DNA of 22,170 nucleotides from a virus. Its lineage: Duplodnaviria; Heunggongvirae; Uroviricota; Caudoviricetes. Positions within the stretch are counted from its first letter, which is position 1, and the number at the start of each line of letters is the position of its first letter. The notes below the pieces were generated by a model, which was not told where the DNA came from, did no database searches, and worked only from the letters and a program-made list of their open reading frames with translations. Shown one piece after another: positions 14,865 to 21,858 of this stretch. The DNA lies in the IMG/VR virus record IMGVR_UViG_2740892282_000009. The stretch is one strand, 5' to 3'. The position numbers and the translations under genes were made by a program.

Positions 14865-14894
14865 CTCATGCTGTTTTATCAATAACAGCATGAG
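14865..14894. terminator. Rho-independent terminator candidate (perfect 11-bp stem, 8-nt loop)
   Basis: CTCATGCTGTT-ttatcaat-AACAGCATGAG, followed by an A/T-rich tract, 11 bp after the stop at 14852-14854. Confidence 0.55.
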
Positions 14895-14936
14895 GGTATT
14901 ATATATTATTTAATTTTTCATCATGCCACATACACT

Positions 14937-15024
14937 TAATAATTTAATAATTTAATAATTTAATAATTTAATAATTTAATAATTTAATAATTTAATAATT
15001 TAATAATTTAATAATTTAATAATT
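14937..15024. repeat. Perfect tandem repeat (TAATAATT) x 11
   Basis: Eleven identical head-to-tail 8-bp units, 88 bp, no interruptions; sits between convergent gene ends (14854 and 15047). Confidence 0.95.
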
Positions 15025-15046
15025 CTATCTCTTTGATTTTTGTTTA

Positions 15047-15319
15047 TTATCTATATTGATGCATTTTTTTAATTCTTTCCTCTCGTATATGGCATGTAGT
15101 ACTGCCATTGTCCACCTGATAGATCGGATTGTAGGTGCGGCCACAATCACTCTGGAACTGAGGAAGGTAGTACTTCACCCCGTTACGTGTACCTGTATCA
15201 AACAGTACTATTATAGCTTTGTTATCAACGTTACCGACCAAGGCTTTATCCATGAATGAATGATGTACGCTGCCGCAGCCTGTGAGCAGTACTACCAACA
15301 TGACGATTAGTATTTTCAT
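15047..15319 (-). CDS. Lipoprotein (about 90 aa)
   Basis: The ORF track starts at 15355, but the likely start is ATG 15319 (AGGGA 8-9 nt upstream), giving the signal peptide MKILIVMLVVLLTGC with a lipobox (LTGC). Confidence 0.6.
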   Translation of the reverse strand: MKILIVMLVVLLTGCGSVHHSFMDKALVGNVDNKAIIVLFDTGTRNGVKYYLPQFQSDCGRTYNPIYQVDNGSTTCHIREERIKKMHQYR

Positions 15320-15329
15320 TGTTATATCC

Positions 15330-15839
15330 CTATAGAAGTTGTTCGCATTGTTCAAAGCGGATTGGCCTGTACTCTCCCTGTACTGCCCATATGCCCGACT
15401 CTCGTAAAATCCTGTGATTTCGGTTGCTGCTGACTTGTACGATCACCTTGTCGCAGTACTGCATGATGTTCTTAATGAGTACCGGGAAGATCAACCGCTC
15501 TATGTATTCCTCAGTGAACCGTCTATTTAGTCGAACTAAGTCGTAACCGTCCGTTAGCAGCGGTTCAGCAGCCATGTACCGTATGAATGGTAGATCTTCA
15601 TAGCGTGTACCTGTGCCAGTACTGAGCACGCACAACACCCCCTTTTCTTTGAACCATGCGGCTTTGCCCTGAATCATTCTTAACTGGTTCTGATAGACCA
15701 CGTGACGAATGTATTCACTTTCCTTTCCTGCCCCCATCAGTACCCGGCAACCGTTTATCAGTACACGGGTTTCCAGCTCTACGCCGAGTAACATACCGTC
15801 CAAAGACGTAATAGGAACTGCCCAATGTTCGAGTTTCAT
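15330..15839 (-). CDS. Short EAL-domain-like protein (169 aa), probably degenerate or truncated
   Basis: N-terminal WAVPITSLDGMLLGVELETRV resembles the start of EAL domains (YQPI...G.EALLRW); C-terminal CDKVIVQ...AVQGEYRPIRFEQ resembles the VAEGVE...QGY...P end. About 80 aa shorter than a canonical EAL domain. Region is higher in GC. Confidence 0.4.
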   Translation of the reverse strand: MKLEHWAVPITSLDGMLLGVELETRVLINGCRVLMGAGKESEYIRHVVYQNQLRMIQGKAAWFKEKGVLCVLSTGTGTRYEDLPFIRYMAAEPLLTDGYDLVRLNRRFTEEYIERLIFPVLIKNIMQYCDKVIVQVSSNRNHRILRESGIWAVQGEYRPIRFEQCEQLL

Positions 15840-16020
15840 GTTGATCTCTCAGTTGTCATAACTGATTGATAATTGATCTGCCTTGACTATCAGTTAACTC
15901 ATTATCGATCGGTATAGCCTTTCCTACCATTTTTAGTGGTTAGTGATTTTCACGGCTGGATCTGTGCGAAATGTGATGCAACACTGTATAAATAACCAGT
16001 ATTCATGTGGAGGGCATATC

Positions 16021-16332
16021 ATGGGCAAGAATGGTTTTGATCCGGCAATCAAACACGGGGTTCAGCAGTTTGAGCATTTAGGCCAATGGGCTAAGGTCTG
16101 CTATTGGGGATACAGTCTTGATGAGTTTTCATATGGGGATCGTGTTTTCTTCCAGAACCAGCAAGGTACATACTGGTTAGGCACGATTGAGCGTGATTGC
16201 TTCGTGTTCATACTGGAAACGCCGCTAAGTTCAGTACTGGAAGGCTTGCATTATCTGAGTACTGAGAATGCCGTCTATAAGCAGCATGAAGAAGATGGTT
16301 GGTTCTCTGGGCAGGGAGAATTACCGTTTTGA
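16021..16332 (+). CDS. Hypothetical protein (about 103 aa)
   Basis: The ORF track starts at 15943; ATG 16021 is preceded by GGAGGG. No recognisable motif. Confidence 0.35.
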   Translation: MGKNGFDPAIKHGVQQFEHLGQWAKVCYWGYSLDEFSYGDRVFFQNQQGTYWLGTIERDCFVFILETPLSSVLEGLHYLSTENAVYKQHEEDGWFSGQGELPF

Positions 16333-16432
16333 TAGCACTTCCACCAATCGCCCAAACAAACCTACCCAAATGCGAAAGGTGGAAGTACTACAATTATATC
16401 TTTTTGCATCAAAAATATAACCAAAACTTTGT

Positions 16433-17224
16433 TCATTTATCCCAAAGCGTCATAAGTTTACTCTTAATCTCATCCGTTATTGCTGAGTGATTCGACTTAT
16501 AGATGATTTTTAGTGCTTCAACGTTGTCGCCATTCTTGAATACTCTTCGCATTGAAGATGCCTTTGTTCTTGCAGTACTTTCCTTCCATTCTGGATGGTC
16601 AGTTACCATCTTTTCAACAAGATCAGTTGTGTTCATACCACTTTCAACATACTGATAGTACTCAATAAATGTCTGCATTCCTATTGTCTGTAGATCCCGG
16701 ATAGTGTTTGAATCTGGCTTCACCGTGATCTCTTCCTTTGAACGTTCAGTGTCTGGATCAATAAATTCAATGATGTCTGTTACACGTGGATCGTTAAGTA
16801 ATAAATTGCTGATTCTTAAAGTGTAACCATTCTGGTGCTCATTATAAAAACCATATTCCTTCACTAATTCATGTGGTATGGATACAGCATAACGAATTGA
16901 GAAATCATGGTTATATATTACGGCAATGAGCTCATCGAATTGGTTCAGATCATAATTTCTGATAATCCCAAGAATTAATGATTTGTTTTTTAAATTATTC
17001 TTACGAGACTTAATCTGAATTTTTCGATCATCAATCGTTGTAGCGTCATACCCTTTAGTACTAGGTGCAGCCAGTACCATTTGCATCTTATCCGCAACCA
17101 GCCATTCAGTGTACTCACTGATAGGATTGTTTCTGGTTCTGATAACCTCTCGTCGTTCTAACTCATCAAGCGTCAACTGATTCAGTTGCATCAATTCGAC
17201 GTTACTCAATTGTGATAAATCCAT
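16433..17224 (-). CDS. Hypothetical protein (263 aa), translationally coupled partner of the HNH nuclease
   Basis: Its ATG (17224-17222) abuts the stop of the upstream gene (TAA 17227-17225). Possible degenerate nuclease-like segment (GYDATTIDDRKIQIKSRK); otherwise unrecognised. Confidence 0.4.
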   Translation of the reverse strand: MDLSQLSNVELMQLNQLTLDELERREVIRTRNNPISEYTEWLVADKMQMVLAAPSTKGYDATTIDDRKIQIKSRKNNLKNKSLILGIIRNYDLNQFDELIAVIYNHDFSIRYAVSIPHELVKEYGFYNEHQNGYTLRISNLLLNDPRVTDIIEFIDPDTERSKEEITVKPDSNTIRDLQTIGMQTFIEYYQYVESGMNTTDLVEKMVTDHPEWKESTARTKASSMRRVFKNGDNVEALKIIYKSNHSAITDEIKSKLMTLWDK

Positions 17225-17953
17225 TTACTCGCTCCAAAAGGTCATTTTCTCTTTCAAGTCTGCAATTGAAAGTACTTTGCTCCCACGATGTACCATTGCA
17301 TGGCAATTTGGACATAATGGGACCATATCTGTTACGGGGTTGACCACATAGTTTTCCCCAATCGTATGAAGCGGCTTGATGTGATGTACATGAATGAATC
17401 CACGGCCATGTGTACCATAGACCTTCTCAAAATCGAAACCACAGCATTTACAGGTAGTACCGTGATGTTGGATGCAGGCTTGTCTGGCCTTTGGATCGCG
17501 TTCGTAGTAGTTCACTGTTACTTGAGTCTTTGCACCTTCAACAAAACTCTCTCCTGAAGGAATTTCATCAGGGAATGGATTAGGTAAGAAGTCTGCATAC
17601 CAAACAACGCCTTCTTTACGCAGATATCGCTTGTTTAATTTACGCTCAAAATCCTTGATAACTGCAATTTCAGGGTTATCCGGGTGTTCTGCGAAAACCA
17701 TATTGAAGGTGTAAAGTTCGTAGCCTTCATGGACTAACCTGACGTGTTCCAGTGCCTGGGTGTATCCCAGTTGTTTTTTGTTGTTTGAGTTGTACTCCCA
17801 ACGCTCTCGAAGAATGACTGACCGCTCTTGTTCACTCTCAACATCCCATGACCCAAAGATGACCATCTTCTTTTCATGGTTAACAAATGACCAACTCCAC
17901 GTCCAGTTACTGCAAGTAGCTCCGTGCGACTGGATGAATTGCTTCCGGTTCAT
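17225..17953 (-). CDS. McrA-like HNH nuclease with an unassigned N-terminal domain (242 aa)
   Basis: C-terminal HNH signature YERDPKARQACIQHHGTTCKCCGFDF...GFIHVHHIKPL...MVPLCPNCHAMVH, compared with E. coli McrA from memory. The Trp-rich N-terminal 150 aa (SNWTWSWSFVNHEKKMVIFGSWD...) may be a modified-base reader (EVE/SRA-like); this is a guess. Confidence 0.65.
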   Translation of the reverse strand: MNRKQFIQSHGATCSNWTWSWSFVNHEKKMVIFGSWDVESEQERSVILRERWEYNSNNKKQLGYTQALEHVRLVHEGYELYTFNMVFAEHPDNPEIAVIKDFERKLNKRYLRKEGVVWYADFLPNPFPDEIPSGESFVEGAKTQVTVNYYERDPKARQACIQHHGTTCKCCGFDFEKVYGTHGRGFIHVHHIKPLHTIGENYVVNPVTDMVPLCPNCHAMVHRGSKVLSIADLKEKMTFWSE

Positions 17954-18156
17954 TTCTAATCCTTTGTTGTATGATGCTGATATGTAATGTCTTATGTTAT
18001 CGGGATCTCAGGAGAGAGAGCAATTTTTTCATATAATTTGTGATCATTATCAACACCATAATTATAACTAACCTTAAGTTAAATTTAAGTAGCACTGATG
18101 GGTACAGAAAATTAATATTTACGATTCACTTTCCCAAATGTTAACATCCATCATTA
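17954..18156. promoter_or_regulatory. AT-rich divergent intergenic region (likely promoters for the HNH operon and the membrane-protein gene)
   Basis: 203-bp AT-rich spacer between divergently oriented genes; no -10/-35 pair confidently assigned. Confidence 0.3.
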
Positions 18157-18849
18157 TTGGTTGAGTTTCGAGTACTTCATGTGAATATTAAAATAACAAA
18201 TAGAATACTTGCATCCACAGTTATCGTACTTCTATGGGTAGCAATATTGGTGTTGGTTAAAGTACTTTTTCATGGAGGTAGCCAATTGGAATGGGGATCT
18301 ATTAGTGATTGGGTTAGTTCTATCGCCAATCTAATTATGGCAGGGGCAGCCCTATATGCAGCATGGAACGCTAAAAATTGGTTTCAAACTAAAATAAAGG
18401 AAAATGCATTAAATCAAGTTACTAAGTTCTGGACTAATTGCGATCTTTTTTCGTTAGAAATGTTAAAAACATATGAAAATGTACGCAGTCTCAACAATAC
18501 AGATCCTGATTTTGAGCCAAAAGACTTCGCTTACTTAGTGAGGACAGAAAAAGAAGTTATCGATCAACTACAAATAAAGCTAACTTCATTAAAAAATGAG
18601 TTGCAATCGCTTACTTTTTGGAAGGTATCACCAAAGGATGCAACCATTTTTAAAAATTATTTTTTCAGCAATCAAATGGCTCTGAGCACTTTAAAGGAAG
18701 CAATAAATTTTGATATAAATGATATATCTGAGCGATATCATTACAACATGAACTATGGAAAAGTATTAGTTGACACTTTTAAAGGTTTAATTAACACGCA
18801 TGAAACACTTAAAAAGGACATGAATAATCTTTTCCATTTCTCTAATTAG
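18157..18849 (+). CDS. Membrane protein with hydrophobic N-terminal segments and a soluble, coiled-coil-like C-terminal domain
   Basis: The ORF begins with TTG at 18157 and has no ATG before the second hydrophobic segment, so the start is uncertain (GTG 18178 possible). Hydrophobic segments ILASTVIVLLWVAILVLVKVLF and VSSIANLIMAGAALYAAW. AT-rich. Confidence 0.4.
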   Translation: MVEFRVLHVNIKITNRILASTVIVLLWVAILVLVKVLFHGGSQLEWGSISDWVSSIANLIMAGAALYAAWNAKNWFQTKIKENALNQVTKFWTNCDLFSLEMLKTYENVRSLNNTDPDFEPKDFAYLVRTEKEVIDQLQIKLTSLKNELQSLTFWKVSPKDATIFKNYFFSNQMALSTLKEAINFDINDISERYHYNMNYGKVLVDTFKGLINTHETLKKDMNNLFHFSN

Positions 18850-18867
18850 AGTTCACATCGTTCAACA

Positions 18868-18890
18868 AGCGGTGGACAATCTTCACCGCT
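18868..18890. terminator. Hairpin downstream of the membrane-protein gene (terminator candidate)
   Basis: AGCGGTG-gacaatctt-CACCGCT: 7-bp stem with 9-nt loop, followed by an A/T-rich tract. Confidence 0.4.
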
Positions 18891-18989
18891 ATAATTAATA
18901 CTTCAATATACGTATTTACAATGGCTTCATTAAAGTACTCATCTTTTGGTTCTCTTATGGTTATGTATTAAAAGTATCTTATCCCATCA

Positions 18990-19869
18990 CTATTTAACAC
19001 TACCATCATTCATAACCCATTTTTTCTTGCCCGACTGAAAATCCTCGACTATAGCTTTAATTTGTTCTGAAAAATCTATAATGGATGTACTAGCTATAGG
19101 TTCTCGATAAACGTAATCACAATGGTATTCTGTAATTTTAAATCGCACCTTACTATCTAAACCCTCGAGCCAACCATCATTGAATTTTTCAAAATATTCA
19201 CCAGGGCCATATTTCAGTTCTTTACTCAAACTGAAAATCCTGTTTGGTATATCATGTATAGTATATTTCACATTGTTTTGAACATCATTGATGAAGACCT
19301 CATTGTTCATCTTTCCTTTAAATATATTTTGGAAATCATCTTCTTTATAGTCGCTCTGAGAGTTAAACCATGCACCATCAACACGCACATTAAAATTTTT
19401 AATTTCTGGTAATGTCCGTGCAATTATATTCATATGAATTGTTTTTAACAATGGCTCACCATCTTCAGTAATCCAATCGGACTCTTGCTGACCACGTATA
19501 ACAAGCAACTGTATATTGTGCTGTTCAGCTTTTATCTTTGCACCACTCTGATATCCTGTCCGTGTAGCATAAATTAGCTTAAGACCTGGGATGTCTGAAG
19601 TTTTACCAATATATGCATCAATTTTTTTCAATAGATACTGGTGTTGAATAATCTTTACACTCTATCACTGATCTATAGATATTACCCCCTAACTCAAATT
19701 CCCAATAGATATCAAATTCCCTTTCAATACCTGAACGATCTTTAATCTTTTTATTCTTCTCAATGTTAATATTATTGAGGCTTGGTATATTCTCAGCTGC
19801 AATAAGTGACCGCTGGATATCCCGTACTAGTTCTTCATATTCCTTGCCTGAATTGTACATATGAATCAA
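18990..19869 (-). pseudogene. Mrr-like (PD-(D/E)xK, restriction-endonuclease-type) nuclease gene split by a frameshift in a 7-nt homopolymer
   Basis: The upstream ORF (19618-19869) carries EFDIYWEF...VIECKDY; the downstream ORF (18990-19631) continues with KLIYATRTGYQSGA, matching the Mrr catalytic-domain pattern as I recall it. The two frames overlap in the T7 run at 19622-19628 (A7 on the coding strand); the downstream frame has only a TTG start. Removing one nucleotide gives a continuous reading frame of about 295 aa. Confidence 0.55.
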
Positions 19870-20541
19870 TATCTCTAAACAGAATGTATTGCTAATAGTA
19901 CTCCAAATGCCTGTAATTGTTCAAGTATCAGATAAGCAACCTTACAGCTTAGATAGAAAGCTAAGACTGCTTCTGTTGTTCAAATTAATATATCTACTTG
20001 CAAGGAACGATTATGTAAATCGTATGCAACAATCTGGGTTCGGTCGATCCACGGTTCGCGGTTGGGACTGCGTGGGCAACTCACTAATAATTTGATCAAT
20101 TACTTTGCCAGTACTTAGAAAGTAATTATGTGAGGCTTTAACAGCCGAACGCCCCGACAAGGGAGTTTACGACCACGTAGTTACTCACGAATACTTACCA
20201 AATCACTTTGAGTTCTTCTTTTGTCAGTACTGTTACTTGTCTGAGCGAAAGCGAGTAAATCCCTTAGTTCTTTTCGAGTACTAGCGAGAAAAAACGCAAG
20301 GTTCGGTTTAATTTGTTTTTCAGTGACTATACGACCGCAGGGAGTGTAGGCACTCAAAGACCGATTTGGACGTAGTACAAGAGGTCTTAATAATTTCTAA
20401 TTATGGTGTCGAAATTCTGGGCAACCCATATACAGTGTGTTTTAACTCATATTGATACTATATCTAGTGCAAGCAACACTAATCAACCCCATAAAAACCA
20501 CATTTAACCTTAATTACGACATTTGAACCGTTATTAAAACA

Positions 20542-21066
20542 CTACTTAGAATGTCTTAATTCGGGATAAATTGTAGCTATAACCTTTAGTAGGTCTGCCT
20601 TAGTACAGCCACCATCTAAAGCCATACGTAGTTGATATGCTTCTTCACCAGTTAAGTACTGTGCTCCCTCTGGTGTATCACTTCTTACCGGCTTACCACT
20701 ACTTAGAATCGCATTCAGGCCTTCACATATAGCAATCGTGACCATCTTATAATCTCGTACTGAGGAATCGCCGTACTCATTGAGTGTAAAGGCATCAAAG
20801 TACTCGATATTGTTCTTTATCGCTTCATCTGTGATGTATCGAGTCGATGTAACCAGAAGTAGCATATTCTTGTTTGAGAAAGTCTTACGTTTCTTGTTCT
20901 TTTCAAAGTAACTTTTAACAGAGTTTGATATTACTCTACGTGCTTCATCTGTAAGTTGATTGAGATGGCGTACTCCCCTTAGATGATCTTGTAATTCTGC
21001 ATTATCGTGTTTTTTTGGTTTTCGTCCACGTTTCTTTATTTCATGCGGCTCTTTCTTTTTTGTCAT
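20542..21066 (-). CDS. Hypothetical protein with basic N-terminus (174 aa)
   Basis: Lys/Arg-rich N-terminus (MTKKKEPHEIKKRGRKPKK) suggests nucleic-acid binding. Directly downstream of the HNH homing-endonuclease-like gene; backbone composition (GTAC-rich). Confidence 0.4.
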   Translation of the reverse strand: MTKKKEPHEIKKRGRKPKKHDNAELQDHLRGVRHLNQLTDEARRVISNSVKSYFEKNKKRKTFSNKNMLLLVTSTRYITDEAIKNNIEYFDAFTLNEYGDSSVRDYKMVTIAICEGLNAILSSGKPVRSDTPEGAQYLTGEEAYQLRMALDGGCTKADLLKVIATIYPELRHSK

Positions 21067-21131
21067 AATAAATACCCCTATGATAGATGTTAATATTGGC
21101 CTGTAGTATTTCCAGTACTCAGGCCATTTCG

Positions 21132-21632
21132 TTATTTTGATTTTTGTAATAGTACCGCACTAAGTTTTGGAAATGCTTTATACTGCTGCGATATTTTATA
21201 GATATATGATTTACGCCCAACAACATAAGCAGCATGAGCTTCTTCTATCGTTGGGTATGTCCCAAACTTATGTACTTTCTTATCAAATGTTGCTTGTGCT
21301 TGATAGCCCTTATGATTAACGACAACACCGGTTGATAATGATGTTGGTACTTTACGGAACAATTGATTTACTTCTCTCGGTACAAAGATGCAGTTACTTG
21401 GGCTGTACTCATTACCTCCTAATATGTCTTTATCTAAATGCCAACCATCAACAACATTTTCAACATACCAATAATAAAAATCACTAAACCGATACCAGTC
21501 ATCGCAGATGGTAACAGTACTGTAATTGATGTTATTACGTACTCTTGAGTGAAAATTATTCCATACTCGTAGTGCTTGTTTTACATGTGGTAATTCCTGA
21601 CCCTTTAGGTCATTTCTTTTTTCCTTTTTCAT
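21132..21632 (-). CDS. HNH homing-endonuclease-like protein (HNH_3-type motif plus AP2-like DNA-binding region, 166 aa)
   Basis: WHLDKDILGGNEYSPSNCIFVPREVN fits the H-N-N pattern of phage HNH_3 endonucleases; the C-terminal GYQAQATFDKKVHKFGTYPTIEEAHAAY is AP2-like. ATG at 21632 with AAGGA 7 nt upstream. Confidence 0.6.
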   Translation of the reverse strand: MKKEKRNDLKGQELPHVKQALRVWNNFHSRVRNNINYSTVTICDDWYRFSDFYYWYVENVVDGWHLDKDILGGNEYSPSNCIFVPREVNQLFRKVPTSLSTGVVVNHKGYQAQATFDKKVHKFGTYPTIEEAHAAYVVGRKSYIYKISQQYKAFPKLSAVLLQKSK

Positions 21633-21650
21633 ATTTCATCCTTGAAACTA

Positions 21651-21671
21651 AGTACTTCATCCTGAAGTACT
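21651..21671. promoter_or_regulatory. Perfect inverted repeat AGTACTTCA-tcc-TGAAGTACT (operator or hairpin candidate)
   Basis: 9-bp arms with a 3-bp spacer, about 20 bp upstream of the HNH_3 start and 35 bp downstream of the small upstream ORF. The 3-nt loop is tight for an RNA hairpin, which favours a protein-binding site. Confidence 0.4.
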
Positions 21672-21705
21672 GTTAGTACCTTTCTAAAGTGAAAGTACCA
21701 AACCC

Positions 21706-21858
21706 TTACTTACTATCTAAAATCCCATATTGCTGTATCAGATACTGAATGGCTGAACTCATCGTTGTAGCCTTACCACACACTATAAGTGATTTTAGTA
21801 TTTCTTCTTGTGTAGGACTTAATCTCACCCCAACACTAATAGTTTTCTTTTCTTTCAT
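21706..21858 (-). CDS. Small ORF (50 aa), possible ribbon-helix-helix-type DNA-binding protein
   Basis: Not in the supplied ORF track (below its length cutoff). Hand translation: MKEKKTISVGVRLSPTQEEILKSLIVCGKATTMSSAIQYLIQQYGILDSK; AAGGA 6 nt upstream of the ATG. The pattern (basic N-terminus, VRLSPxxEExL..., ...SSAIQYL) resembles small RHH regulators or antitoxins. Confidence 0.35.
   Translation of the reverse strand: MKEKKTISVGVRLSPTQEEILKSLIVCGKATTMSSAIQYLIQQYGILDSK

Noticed and set aside
14937-15024. Tandem repeat considered as a possible CRISPR array
   Set aside because: The unit is only 8 bp and copies are directly abutting with no spacers; this is a microsatellite, not a CRISPR repeat-spacer array.
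19889-20095. 68-aa plus-strand ORF
   Set aside because: No ribosome-binding site, a Leu/Arg-rich low-complexity translation, and it sits in the non-coding stretch; probably not a gene.
20030-20100. GGTTCG motifs (CTGGGTTCGGTCGATCCACGGTTCGCGG) examined as a possible tRNA T-arm or att-site tRNA fragment
   Set aside because: I could not assemble a T-stem, acceptor stem or anticodon arm with proper base pairing by eye. It is left as part of the unexplained non-coding region rather than called as a tRNA.
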